From positions 13,411 through 63,022 of the forward strand of contig DDIC01000053.1 in NCBI GenBank assembly GCA_002338335.1: a stretch of DNA of 49,612 nucleotides, written 5' to 3'. Source of the stretch: Bacteroidetes bacterium UBA1860 (GTDB lineage: Bacteria; Bacteroidota; Rhodothermia; Balneolales; Balneolaceae). A model generated the notes under the pieces. It was given only the letters and a program-made list of their open reading frames with translations, was not told where the DNA came from and did no database searches. How positions within the stretch are numbered: position 1 is the first letter of the stretch; each line of letters begins with the position of its first letter. Of the stretch, positions 1 through 9,471 are shown one piece after another. The position numbers were made by a program, and so were the translations under genes.

Positions 1-673
1 CCCCCGAGCGAGTGTATCCACATTGGACGCTATCCGCGATGAGTACTACACCATATTCTTGTGTCAGCGATCGGAGTATGGTGAGAAATTCATCTGTAGG
101 CTCATAGACACCACCCACACCTTGGATTCCTTCAATAATCGCACACGCAAGTGTATTTCCATGGGTATTGAAGTAAGTCTCTAGTTGCTCCAAATCATTG
201 AGTGGTAAATGATGTACAGGGGTAGAATGATTGATTGGCGCTTTAATGGTAGGATTATCAGTGGCTGCCAGAGCTAAGGAAGTGCGCCCATGAAATCCAC
301 CTGTAAACGCTAAGATTCCTTGTCTTTTCGTGTGAAAGGATGCGAGTTTGATCGCATTTTCATTCGCTTCTGCACCACTATTGCAAAGAAAAAGGCGATG
401 ATTTGGTTTGGCAGAAAGGGTGCACAAGTGGTGTCCAAATTCTTCTTGTATTGGGAGATCTACGGCATTGGAGTAGAACGATAAACTGGACATTTGTGTC
501 TGAAGTCTCTGTACCCAGTGTGGATGATTGTGGCCAATACTGATTACAGCATGACCCCCATAAAAATCGAGGTAATCCGTTCCACGAGAATCACGAACAA
601 CCGTCCCATCACCATGCACAATTGAAAAATCGAATCGTTGATAAACCTCAAAAAGTGACCCTGAATTCGTCAT
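1..673 (-). CDS. argD: Class-III PLP aminotransferase of the acetylornithine/succinylornithine aminotransferase family; 5' portion only, the gene continues past the left edge
   Basis: Absent from the ORF track because it is truncated. Hand translation of the minus strand from ATG 673..671 gives MTNSGSLFEVYQRFDFSIVHGDGTVVRDSRGTDYLDFYGGHAVISIGHNHPHW...LFLCNSGAEANENAIKLASFHTKRQGILAFTGGFHGRT. The start overlaps the argC stop as ATGA (670..673). It is the last member of the GNAT-argG-argC-argD string. Confidence 0.8.
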   Translation of the reverse strand, partial: MTNSGSLFEVYQRFDFSIVHGDGTVVRDSRGTDYLDFYGGHAVISIGHNHPHWVQRLQTQMSSLSFYSNAVDLPIQEEFGHHLCTLSAKPNHRLFLCNSGAEANENAIKLASFHTKRQGILAFTGGFHGRTSLALAATDNPTIKAPINHSTPVHHLPLNDLEQLETYFNTHGNTLACAIIEGIQGVGGVYEPTDEFLTILRSLTQEYGVVLIADSVQCGYTRSG

Positions 674-1656
674 CTTGTTGCCAATAGCGAGAGTCCTGAC
701 TCTTCCTTATATCCTAGCATAAGGTTCATGTTTTGAACCGCCTGACCGCTTGCCCCTTTAAGCAAGTTATCAATCACAACACTCACGACTAAACACCCCT
801 CTTGGAGATCGGTAGAAATCATTGCCTGATTTGTACCTACTACTTGTTTCAAATGAACAGCTTGGTCAGATACATGCACGAAGGGGTGGGAGTTATAAGC
901 ATCATTGATTCGCTGAGTAGCTTCCTCGTGAGTACCCTCCCATGAAATGCTTGTCGATACAAGTATCCCTCGACTAAAAGGACCCCGCCATGGTACGAAA
1001 TGGATTTTTGGAAGGGTGGTGAATGTTTCAGTTAGGTGAGTAGTAACCTCTGCAATGTGTTGATGGGTCAAGACTTTGTAGGGTTGGACATTTTGGGTTC
1101 TCCAACTAAAATGGGTCGTAGAGGTGGGAGTTTGACCAGCTCCAGTGGATCCCGTAATCCCCGTGACGTGTATGGGTGATGCAGTCGTAGAGGCAAATGG
1201 AAGAATGGATAGCTGAATGGCCGTCGCAAAACACCCTGGATTAGAAACAGCTTGTGCCTGCTGGATCTGAGCTCGATTTAATTCTGGTAAGCCATACACG
1301 AAAGAGACATTATGTACTGGTGACTGTTCGTTTCTAAAGTCTTGAGATAGATCTATGAGCTTCATTTGGCCTGAATTCACAGCTTCGCCTGCCCAAGATT
1401 CTTGCTGAAGCCACTCTAGACTTTCCCCATGAGCTAACGCCAAAAAAAGAACATCAGGAGAATCCTCCTTTAGTGATCCTGCATCTTTGAATAATAGATT
1501 ATCGGAGCGAATGTCATCATGCACACTAGAAATCGCTTGATTTGCATGTGAGCGAGAATACGGTGAAATCCTCTCAATAGAGGGGTGATTCAAGAGTAGA
1601 CGAAGTAACTCTCCACCGGTATATCCTGCAGACCCAAGTATTCCAGCATGAATCAT
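670..1656 (-). CDS. argC: N-acetyl-gamma-glutamyl-phosphate reductase
   Basis: Rossmann N-terminus MIHAGILGSAGYTGGELLRLLLNHP and catalytic-Cys motif SNPGCFATA. I moved the start to ATG 1656..1654, which overlaps the argG stop as ATGA. The ORF-track start at 1737 would overlap argG by 85 nt. Confidence 0.9.
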   Translation of the reverse strand: MIHAGILGSAGYTGGELLRLLLNHPSIERISPYSRSHANQAISSVHDDIRSDNLLFKDAGSLKEDSPDVLFLALAHGESLEWLQQESWAGEAVNSGQMKLIDLSQDFRNEQSPVHNVSFVYGLPELNRAQIQQAQAVSNPGCFATAIQLSILPFASTTASPIHVTGITGSTGAGQTPTSTTHFSWRTQNVQPYKVLTHQHIAEVTTHLTETFTTLPKIHFVPWRGPFSRGILVSTSISWEGTHEEATQRINDAYNSHPFVHVSDQAVHLKQVVGTNQAMISTDLQEGCLVVSVVIDNLLKGASGQAVQNMNLMLGYKEESGLSLLATR

Positions 1657-2846
1657 GGTCTTTTCTTGGTTTGGTGATAGATTTTGTTTTGAAGTCCAAA
1701 AATGCGCGTAAACCCTTTTACATCTTCCCCGGTCCATGTCCCCTGTTCTTCCCCGTATGCACCAAATGAAGATTGCATTAAATCATATGGACTCTCCACG
1801 CCCACAACGGTAAACCTGTAGGGGTGCAGTCTCAACAACACGCTTCCTGTGACTCTTTGCTGAGAACTTTCTAAAAAGGCTTCAATGTCTCGCATCACAG
1901 GATCCATGATTAACCCTTCGTGTAACCAGTTACCATAGAATGAAGAAATCGTGTCTTTCCAGTGAAGCTGCCACTTTGTAAGGACATGTTTTTCTAGCGC
2001 ATGGTGAGCTTTAATCATCATCATAGCGGCTGGAGCTTCAAAGGCTACACGCCCTTTTATCCCAATGATTGTATCTCCAACATGGATATCCCTACCAATC
2101 GCAAACTCACCTCCAATCTTGTTAAGCCTCTCGATTGCCTCAACAGAATCTTCAACGTGTTCTGCATCAATTCCAGATAGCTCACCTTGTTGAAAGTGTA
2201 GTTGTAATTCCAGTTCATCGGTTCTCTTTCGCTGGGTTGGCCAAACCTTCTCGGGTAAATCACCCATACTCTGAAGAGTCTCTACACCTCCGATACTAGT
2301 ACCCCAGAGCCCTTTATTGATAGAATAGGCGGCTTCTGATGCATCGACTTCGACTCCATGGGATTGCAAGAAAGAAATCTCTTCAGATCTAGACAGGGCT
2401 TGATCTCGAACAGGGGTTATCAATTCTACCTCGGGCATGTAGGTCTCAATCATCATGTCAAATCTCACCTGATCATTGCCTGCTCCTGTTGAGCCGTGGG
2501 CAACAGCTTGGACACCTAATGATTTTGCATAATCGACAATATGTTGTGCCTGAGACAATCGCTCAGCGGATACACTCAGTGGGTATGTTTGGTTTTTGAG
2601 CACATTACCAAAAATCAGGTATCGGATGATAGTATGATAGTACTGCTTCGTACCGTCAATATTTTTGTGACTTTTGACTCCTAATGACTCTGCACGCTGT
2701 TGAATCTCTTGAAGCTCTTTTTGGCTAAACCCTCCGGTGTTTACGGTTACTGTATGGACATCATACCCTAGTTCCTTTGATAGATAAATAGCACAATATG
2801 TAGTGTCCAACCCCCCGCTAAATCCAAGAACAACTGATTTTGACAT
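1653..2846 (-). CDS. argG: Argininosuccinate synthase
   Basis: 397 aa. N-terminal ATP-pyrophosphatase motif VVLGFSGGLDTTY and AHGSTGAGNDQVRF, typical of ArgG. Confidence 0.95.
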   Translation of the reverse strand: MSKSVVLGFSGGLDTTYCAIYLSKELGYDVHTVTVNTGGFSQKELQEIQQRAESLGVKSHKNIDGTKQYYHTIIRYLIFGNVLKNQTYPLSVSAERLSQAQHIVDYAKSLGVQAVAHGSTGAGNDQVRFDMMIETYMPEVELITPVRDQALSRSEEISFLQSHGVEVDASEAAYSINKGLWGTSIGGVETLQSMGDLPEKVWPTQRKRTDELELQLHFQQGELSGIDAEHVEDSVEAIERLNKIGGEFAIGRDIHVGDTIIGIKGRVAFEAPAAMMMIKAHHALEKHVLTKWQLHWKDTISSFYGNWLHEGLIMDPVMRDIEAFLESSQQRVTGSVLLRLHPYRFTVVGVESPYDLMQSSFGAYGEEQGTWTGEDVKGFTRIFGLQNKIYHQTKKRP

Positions 2847-2852
2847 ACTATC

Positions 2853-3497
2853 TCATTTTTTTTGACTTCCCAGATTACGCCACTTTAGGCGAAATAATCG
2901 CTCAAATACTGTTTGTTTCTCTTCGAAGAACTCAGTGGTTTCATCCGTAATAACATCATCTTTGGGGTCATACAACATCGCCGTACACAAGCAAGTCTGT
3001 CGTTCTTTGCGGGTCAAAATGTCGTAGTTCACACATGATTTACAGCCACTCCAGAAGTTCTCATCATCCGTTAATTCAGAATAGGTCACGGGCTTGTATC
3101 CCAATTCACTATTAATTTTCAAGACTGCAAGGCCCGTTGTGAGTCCAAAAATTTTCGCATTCGGATACTTCTCACGAGACAAGTGAAAGATTTGTCGCTT
3201 TATTTTTTTTGCAACACCTGTCTTGCGGTAATCTAGTGATACGATCAGTCCACTATTAGCCACGTATTTTCCATGCCCCCACTCTTCGATGTAACAAAAC
3301 CCAACCCAGTCTCCATCTTGCGTACATGCAATGACCGCATTCCCCTGTTCAATTTTTTGCTCTATATATTCAACAGATCGCTGAGCAATTCCCGTACCTC
3401 TAGCTTTTGCGCTTTCCTCAATCTCTTTAGTGATGGTCTTCGCAAAGTGTTTGTCTTCAGAGGAAGTTCTTCGAATGATAAAATCGTCTTTGTTCAC
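2853..3497 (-). CDS. GNAT-family N-acyltransferase embedded in the arginine cluster; candidate glutamate N-acyltransferase
   Basis: 214 aa with a GTG start at 3497..3495. Acyl-CoA-binding-type segment LIVSLDYRKTGVAKKIKRQI. Ends 6 nt upstream of argG. The C-terminal tail carries C152/C155/C169/C171. The specific function is inferred from context only. Confidence 0.7.
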   Translation of the reverse strand: MNKDDFIIRRTSSEDKHFAKTITKEIEESAKARGTGIAQRSVEYIEQKIEQGNAVIACTQDGDWVGFCYIEEWGHGKYVANSGLIVSLDYRKTGVAKKIKRQIFHLSREKYPNAKIFGLTTGLAVLKINSELGYKPVTYSELTDDENFWSGCKSCVNYDILTRKERQTCLCTAMLYDPKDDVITDETTEFFEEKQTVFERLFRLKWRNLGSQKK

Positions 3498-3667
3498 GAA
3501 TTTTTGTCCCTCAGATAGAGTTTTTATCCTAATAATACCGTTTTGAGATCACTATCACGTTCCTCTACCGGATAGCATCTCAGTATATTATGTGCTGTAT
3601 ATGGGGTTAATGTAACTAAATTCAATAGTTATCCTGTAGATTCGTCAAGATCTACTTCGTTGGCTCT

Positions 3668-5089
3668 CTATTTTCCGATACAGAATCGGCTGAAGATCGA
3701 GTCCAACACATCCTCATTGGAGATTGCCCCCGTGATGAGCCCAAACTGTTGAATCGCTCCACGCAAATCAATGGCAATGAGGTCCCCAGGTAGAGATTGG
3801 TCAAGTCCCTGGATAGCTGACTGGATGTGCGCCTGTGCTTCCATGAGTGCTTGACGATGTCTGCTGGAGGTCACGAGTGTCGACTCATCGTTTAGATATT
3901 CAGCTTGAAGCGTGCGCTCAATCATTAGATCAGAAAGGGCTCCGAGTCGTGACGCATCAGGGGTGGTGAGGTCAAACGATAAATCCCAGTTGGCAAAATC
4001 TAAGGTGGGGTCTTTCGCAAGGTCTTGATGCGTCAATACGCGAATAACAGGAGCTTTGGCTTCCAACATAGACTCCTGCAGGGCGATCTCTTCGGGGCCT
4101 AATGGTTTGGACTGATCTTTGACCCACAGAATGAGATCAGCATCGCGCATGGCGGCTTGGGATCTCTTAACCCCTTCAACCTCAATATCATCGGTCGTCT
4201 GGCGAATCCCAGCTGTGTCAATCAACCGAAAATAGACGCCATCAATGGAGAAATCGGCCTCGACGGTGTCTCGAGTTGTTCCCGCAGTGGGTGAAACAAT
4301 CGCACGGTTCTGGCCTATCAATGCATTTAGAAGCGTCGATTTACCCGCATTCGGCTGCCCTAAAATGGCGGTTTTGATCCCATCTCGAATGAGGCGACCT
4401 GTTTCGTACGTGTCTAAAAGGTGAGAGCACCCATGATCTAAGTCTTTGAGCAGCGTTCGAAGCCGTTCTTTATCGGCGAATTCTACATCCTCTTCCGAGA
4501 AATCGAGCTCCAACTCAACCATCGCCGTGGTATCGATAAGTGCCTGTCTGAAAGCATGCACTTTTTCACCCAAGGCTCCTGTCAATTGCTGGCGTGCTGC
4601 ACGAAGGCCCTGCTCGCTCTTGGCGTGGATCATCTCTGCCACCGCCTCTGCTTGAGAGAGATCCATTTTCCCATTCATGAACGACCGGTGGGTGAATTCA
4701 CCTGGTTTTGCTGCCTCCAGCCCGGCAGCAAGTAACGCTTCATACACCGACTGTGTCACCAAATAGCCACCATGACAGGTGATTTCGACACTGTCTTCCC
4801 CCGTAAAACTAGCGGGCGCCACAAACTTTGTCACCATGACCTCATCCACAAACTGTTGCGTCACGGGATGGATCAATTTCGCATAATGAACTGTGTGACT
4901 CCCGGCTTGGATGAGCCTATCCGATTTGAAACACGCCTGAACCCGTTCAAATACCCCACGCCCTGAGGCCCGAATGACAGCTAGACCCGCATTACCTGGC
5001 GCTGTGGCGATGGCGACAATTGGATAGGCTTGAGTCGTAGGCTCAGACGGCGAATCTAGATTGTGATGTGAACCCTCGTTACTTAACAT
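3668..5089 (-). CDS. mnmE: tRNA uridine-5-carboxymethylaminomethyl modification GTPase
   Basis: 473 aa. G-domain motifs GQPNAGKSTLLNAL and DTAGIR, and the diagnostic C-terminal FCIGK. The start overlaps the POT transporter stop by 11 nt. The roughly 20-aa N-terminal extension is uncertain. Confidence 0.9.
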   Translation of the reverse strand: MLSNEGSHHNLDSPSEPTTQAYPIVAIATAPGNAGLAVIRASGRGVFERVQACFKSDRLIQAGSHTVHYAKLIHPVTQQFVDEVMVTKFVAPASFTGEDSVEITCHGGYLVTQSVYEALLAAGLEAAKPGEFTHRSFMNGKMDLSQAEAVAEMIHAKSEQGLRAARQQLTGALGEKVHAFRQALIDTTAMVELELDFSEEDVEFADKERLRTLLKDLDHGCSHLLDTYETGRLIRDGIKTAILGQPNAGKSTLLNALIGQNRAIVSPTAGTTRDTVEADFSIDGVYFRLIDTAGIRQTTDDIEVEGVKRSQAAMRDADLILWVKDQSKPLGPEEIALQESMLEAKAPVIRVLTHQDLAKDPTLDFANWDLSFDLTTPDASRLGALSDLMIERTLQAEYLNDESTLVTSSRHRQALMEAQAHIQSAIQGLDQSLPGDLIAIDLRGAIQQFGLITGAISNEDVLDSIFSRFCIGK

Positions 5090-6569
5090 CCCCCATTAAC
5101 TTCTGGACAAACGGTGAGGCAAGTAATGCAACCAGTCCCGCGCCACCAACAAACATCGCTACCTGTCCAAACAATGCGGTAGGGGCAGCTGATTCTAGCG
5201 TTCCGGCAAGGAGACCTGCAATGAGATTACCCAAGGCAGCGGCTACAAACCAAATACCCATCATTTGGCCTACACGATTTTTGGGTGCGAGTTTTGTCAT
5301 GGATGAGAGTCCCACAGGCGATAAACATAACTCACCACAGGTGTGGAAAAAGTAGGTAACAACGAGCCAACTCATACCAACTTGGTTGGTGGCGCTCGCA
5401 TTGGCTGATCCCCAGGATAGAACAAAGAAACCTAACGCAAGCCCGAGTAAACCCATGGCAAATTTAACTGGAATCGAAGGATTGGCATGCATTCGATCGA
5501 GTGTTGTCCAAAGGATGCCGAACAAGGGGGCCAAAAGGATAATAAAGAAGGAATTCACAGACTGTAACCAACTTGGAGGCACGTCAAAGGTGCCTAATGA
5601 CAGGTCTGTGAGCTCACGCGCGAAAAGATTCATCGACGATCCCGCCTGCTCAAATCCTGACCAAAACAGTGCTGCAAGGATGAACAACCAAAAAATGACC
5701 CCCAATCGCTTCTTTTCCTCACCATTATGCCCACCAAAAAAGGTGACATAGGCAAAGTATCCCAGGGTAATTAAGACGGCGACCACACCAAGATTGGCCG
5801 CAATCGAGGTGATCTCAAGATTCACCGCGCCTGTGCCAATAAGGCTACCAAGAGTGATGATACCAGCAGCAAACACTGAGGCAAGCACGTAGAATGAACG
5901 GGATCGTTTGGCTACTGTCTCCGGTGCATCTTCAGTGACAAAATCACCTGCTGTACCCATCCAAGACTCACCCCATTTGAAAAAGATGAGCCCCAACACC
6001 ATACCAATCCCAGCCAGCCCAAAGCCAAAATGCCAATGAGTCTCGGCCAGCCATCCACAAAGTAGCGGGCCTGCGAAGCCTCCAATATTAATCCCCATGT
6101 AAAAAATGGAGAATCCAGCATCACGCCTTGCCCCACCTTCTGGGTATAGATCCCCAACCACCGTGCTCACATTTGGCTTGAGTAGGCCTGTCCCCACAAC
6201 AATGAGTGCAAGGCCTGCAAAAAATGTCGCATCACTTGGGATCGCCATACTAAAATGACCCAACGCGATAATGATTCCACCAATGAAAACAGCCTTTCGT
6301 TGTCCCCAGAGATTATCCGCAACCCATCCGCCTGGGAGTGAAAGGATGTACACAAAAAACGTGTAGAGTCCATATATCGCCGTGGCTTCTGCAACGCCAA
6401 GACCCATTCCAGGATTGGCGCCTACGGTTTCTGCTGTCATGTAGAGGACCAGCAGGGCACGCATTCCGTAGTAACTGAAACGCTCCCATAATTCGGTAAA
6501 GAATAGCGCCGCTAGGCCTTTTGGGTGTCCAAAGAACGATGTGTCCTCGGTGGCTAGTGAATTTTGCAT
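5079..6569 (-). CDS. Proton-dependent oligopeptide transporter (POT/PTR2 family, DtpT-like)
   Basis: 496 aa and polytopic. PTR2 signature GHPKGLAALFFTELWERFSYYGMRALLVLYM and FYMGINIGGF. Confidence 0.9.
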   Translation of the reverse strand: MQNSLATEDTSFFGHPKGLAALFFTELWERFSYYGMRALLVLYMTAETVGANPGMGLGVAEATAIYGLYTFFVYILSLPGGWVADNLWGQRKAVFIGGIIIALGHFSMAIPSDATFFAGLALIVVGTGLLKPNVSTVVGDLYPEGGARRDAGFSIFYMGINIGGFAGPLLCGWLAETHWHFGFGLAGIGMVLGLIFFKWGESWMGTAGDFVTEDAPETVAKRSRSFYVLASVFAAGIITLGSLIGTGAVNLEITSIAANLGVVAVLITLGYFAYVTFFGGHNGEEKKRLGVIFWLFILAALFWSGFEQAGSSMNLFARELTDLSLGTFDVPPSWLQSVNSFFIILLAPLFGILWTTLDRMHANPSIPVKFAMGLLGLALGFFVLSWGSANASATNQVGMSWLVVTYFFHTCGELCLSPVGLSSMTKLAPKNRVGQMMGIWFVAAALGNLIAGLLAGTLESAAPTALFGQVAMFVGGAGLVALLASPFVQKLMGDVK

Positions 6570-6600
6570 AATCTAGTGTACAAAGTGTGGGGGTATCCTT

Positions 6601-6635
6601 CAAAAACAAAAAGGGGCACTGTCCGTCAGCACCCC
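6601..6635 (-). terminator. Rho-independent terminator (minus strand)
   Basis: Minus-strand RNA GGGGUGCUG-ACGGA-CAGUGCCCC forms a 9-bp stem including two G-U pairs with a 5-nt loop. It is followed by UUUUUGUUUUUG (6612..6601). Confidence 0.6.
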
Positions 6636-6781
6636 TTCCATAGAACATTATGCAAATGTAACCGATTGCCAACGAACCACCAAGCTTGTCAGTGGAGTCA
6701 AGCGCTGTAGGCGGTTCTAATTAGGCTTATCGGCAAAGGTAAGCGCTCGAGTTCGAGGCACCCTCTTCGTGCTTCGTTTGA

Positions 6782-7420
6782 TTAGTACATCATTTTGTGC
6801 TTTTTGTGCATGTCTTGGCGATGCTCGTACACTCTCTTCACCATTTTGGCACGGCGCACAGGTGTGTTCTCACGCTCAGCTGCCATTCGTGACCATGGCA
6901 TCTGGTCAAATCGAACTTGTTGCTCTTCTGAAAGCATGGCACGGACATCCATACGCAGATCCCATTCTAGCTTTTTAATGTCAGCTTCTAATTGATGCAT
7001 GGAATCAATGAGTTTTTTCGCCTCTTTTTCATTGATTGTTGAGCCTGTGGAGACGGTTTTGAGCCGAGCCTTGGCTTCATTCAGTTGGTTTTTTAGCGGA
7101 AGTCGCTTCTCCATCACGTCCAAGCGTAACTCTTTGATCTGTTCACGTTGTTCAGGATTCAGCCAAGATTGCACCCGGGACTCAACACCACGCTCAGTGC
7201 TTCTCATAGTGCTCTCACGTCGTTGTATCATCTGTTCGCGCAGCGCTTCACGTTGCTCAGGTGTGAGGTTTTGGAGACGTTCACGCATCTGTTCACGTTG
7301 CTCTTGGCTCAACTGTTGGCCTCGTTGTCGTTGTTGAGCTTCGACTGGCTGAGCGATAACAAAGCCAACCAGCAATCCTATAAATAGGAGTGGGAATGAT
7401 TTATGGAATAGGTTTTTCAT
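6782..7420 (-). CDS. Spy/CpxP-family (LTXXQ-motif) periplasmic protein
   Basis: Start moved to ATG 7420 (MKNLFHKSFPLLFIGLLVGFVIAQPVEAQQ, a signal peptide). Repeated L-x-P/E-E-Q motifs (LTPEQREAL, LNPEQREQI, LSEEQQVRF) sit in a highly charged helical sequence. Confidence 0.6.
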   Translation of the reverse strand: MKNLFHKSFPLLFIGLLVGFVIAQPVEAQQRQRGQQLSQEQREQMRERLQNLTPEQREALREQMIQRRESTMRSTERGVESRVQSWLNPEQREQIKELRLDVMEKRLPLKNQLNEAKARLKTVSTGSTINEKEAKKLIDSMHQLEADIKKLEWDLRMDVRAMLSEEQQVRFDQMPWSRMAAERENTPVRRAKMVKRVYEHRQDMHKKHKMMY

Positions 7421-7546
7421 AACTTTGATGTCATTTTGTTTTAATAGTTGTGTACTCTGTAAGGCACGGTTCGGGTGATGTTCTATCATGTGTGAGACCT
7501 TGTATTAACGCAGAGAAACCCAACGTTTGTATATCAACCTTAAACT

Positions 7547-8629
7547 ATGATTGCTTTTCTTACCCTTGCCGGGTTTGTCTTATTAATTGGAGGAGCTGAG
7601 ATTCTTGTGCGTGGCGCATCGGGCCTGGCACAATCCTTTCGATTGAGTAAGGTCGTGATTGGGCTAACCGTTGTCTCGTTTGGCACCTCAGCGCCTGAAT
7701 TTGCGGTAAGTTTGCAGTCAGGCTTTGCGGGTCAACCAGACATTTTGATGGGGAATGTGATTGGGTCAAATATTGCCAACGTGCTACTTATCCTTGGCTT
7801 AACGTCCATTTTTGTACCGCTTATTGTTCATGAATCTTTGATCCGTATGGATGTTCCTATAATGGTGGGGCTCTCCGGGCTCTTATACTTTCTTGCGCTG
7901 GATGGTCAATTGGTGAGACTTGAGAGCGCCTTTCTGGCAAGCTTGCTCATCGTTTACCTTGGCTTGCTGTTTTGGATGAATAAGAAAGGGAAAGGTCCTG
8001 CTGTCGACCTCAGCCAAGCGGGTGAACAAGATCAACCGACACTTATATGGAAAGATCTTCTCTACATCACTCTTGGTCTTGTGGGATTGGTCCTAGGCGC
8101 GCGTTGGTTAGTCGCGGGGGCGGTGGATGTCGCAGAGTATTTTGGAGTGAGTGAATTAGTCATTGGCATCACCATTGTGGCGATTGGCACCTCGCTACCG
8201 GAGTTGGCCACCTCTATCGTTGCAGCGACCAAGGGAGAAAAGGATATCGCTGTGGGCAATGTTGTTGGGAGTAACATCATGAACATTCTGGTAGTGCTCG
8301 GTGTATCTGGCGCCATTTTACCTGTAGACATTCCTATTCAAGTCTCATCCATCCGCATCGATCTTCCATTTATGCTCATTGTGGCGGCCTGTTGTTTTCC
8401 AGTCATGCTCGGCGGCTTTACCATTCACCGTTGGGAAGGTGCACTGTTATTTGGGTGGTTTGTGGCCTTTATGCTGTATTCTGTGATGAGTTTCAAGGCC
8501 CCTGAAGTCGCATTCACGATGGAGTTTTGGACCTATCGAGTGGCTGGCCCGCTCACACTATTGGCCATATTTGGGGGTGGTTTTACCAACTACTGGATGG
8601 ATCGGAAAAAGAACCTTTCGACCTCGTAA
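7547..8629 (+). CDS. Calcium/cation antiporter (CaCA family, YrbG-like)
   Basis: 360 aa and polytopic. Both alpha-repeat signatures are present: GTSAPEFAVS and GTSLPELATS with GNVIGSNI / GNVVGSNI. Confidence 0.85.
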   Translation: MIAFLTLAGFVLLIGGAEILVRGASGLAQSFRLSKVVIGLTVVSFGTSAPEFAVSLQSGFAGQPDILMGNVIGSNIANVLLILGLTSIFVPLIVHESLIRMDVPIMVGLSGLLYFLALDGQLVRLESAFLASLLIVYLGLLFWMNKKGKGPAVDLSQAGEQDQPTLIWKDLLYITLGLVGLVLGARWLVAGAVDVAEYFGVSELVIGITIVAIGTSLPELATSIVAATKGEKDIAVGNVVGSNIMNILVVLGVSGAILPVDIPIQVSSIRIDLPFMLIVAACCFPVMLGGFTIHRWEGALLFGWFVAFMLYSVMSFKAPEVAFTMEFWTYRVAGPLTLLAIFGGGFTNYWMDRKKNLSTS

Positions 8630-8703
8630 ACAGCCCTTTCTGCTTGGGCTGTGCGCGCCGAGCTGAGTGCACAAGCTGTGCGCCTGACAATTGCGAATTT
8701 TTT

Positions 8704-9468
8704 TTACAAGTAAAAGACCTTTTGGTCGCGTTTTTGATCCGCCGCCACAAGAGCTGCTCCCACCATACTGGCATCATTTTCGAAAGCCGCTGGTTTCACT
8801 GGGGTTTGAATCTTGATATAAGGGAGAGTCTTTTCCGCATTCTTACTGAGCTGTCCACCAATAATGAACAGATCTGGGTGGAAGATTTGCTCATATGCAT
8901 TCAACACAAACTCTAGGCGTTTGGACCATGCCTTCCGGTTGATCCCTTCCTCCTTTCGAGATTTGTTTGAGGCTCGGTCTTGGGCAGAGATTCCACGCAT
9001 TTCGATGAGCCCAAGCTCTGTGTTGGGCACAAGTTGCCCATCGATAAACAACGCGGACCCAATGCCTGTCCCGACCGACAAAAACATCACCACACCCGCT
9101 TCATTTTTGCCTGCACCCAGATGTAGCTCAGCGATTCCACCCGCATCGGCATCGTTCAAGAAATAGACATCGGTATCAATCACCTCAGAGAACAGATCCA
9201 CGGCATCCATATCTTCCCACGCGCTATCGAGGCGACGGGCTGACAACACGCGCCCTCGTCTGACAGATTCTGGGATCGCAATGCCTATGGGGCCACGCCA
9301 CTCAAAATCGGTGGACACAGCTTGATGAATTCTAGAGACAATTTTGTGAGGTGAGGTCCCTTCTTTGACCTTCTTGGCGATCACCTCTGAGGTATATTTC
9401 CCTTTGTCGGTGTCAAAAATACACGCCTTAATGGCTGCTGTTCCGATATCAATGCCAAGGACTTTCAT
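8704..9468 (-). CDS. ppgK: ROK-family polyphosphate/ATP glucokinase
   Basis: 254 aa. MKVLGIDIGTAAIK (ATPase fold phosphate-1), LNDADAGGIAE, LSVGTGIGSALFIDGQLVPNTELG. Begins 3 nt after the secA stop. Confidence 0.8.
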   Translation of the reverse strand: MKVLGIDIGTAAIKACIFDTDKGKYTSEVIAKKVKEGTSPHKIVSRIHQAVSTDFEWRGPIGIAIPESVRRGRVLSARRLDSAWEDMDAVDLFSEVIDTDVYFLNDADAGGIAELHLGAGKNEAGVVMFLSVGTGIGSALFIDGQLVPNTELGLIEMRGISAQDRASNKSRKEEGINRKAWSKRLEFVLNAYEQIFHPDLFIIGGQLSKNAEKTLPYIKIQTPVKPAAFENDASMVGAALVAADQKRDQKVFYL

Positions 9469-9471
9469 AGG

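Noticed and set aside
3636-3655. Hairpin GTAGAT-N8-ATCTAC just downstream of mnmE as a terminator
   Set aside because: The stem is 6 bp and AT-rich, with no following U-tract on the minus strand. It cannot be distinguished from chance.
5068-6672. Several 77-121-aa ORFs on both strands inside the POT transporter gene
   Set aside because: They are alternative-frame or antisense ORFs within a CDS that has clear PTR2 signatures. They show no independent coding evidence.
8631-8651. Hairpin CAGCCC-N9-GGGCTG in the CaCA/ppgK convergent spacer as a bidirectional terminator
   Set aside because: The stem is only 6 bp with a 9-nt loop and has no proper U-tract directly after it on either strand. The T8 run at about 8694..8701 is 40 nt away. 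The evidence is too weak to call.
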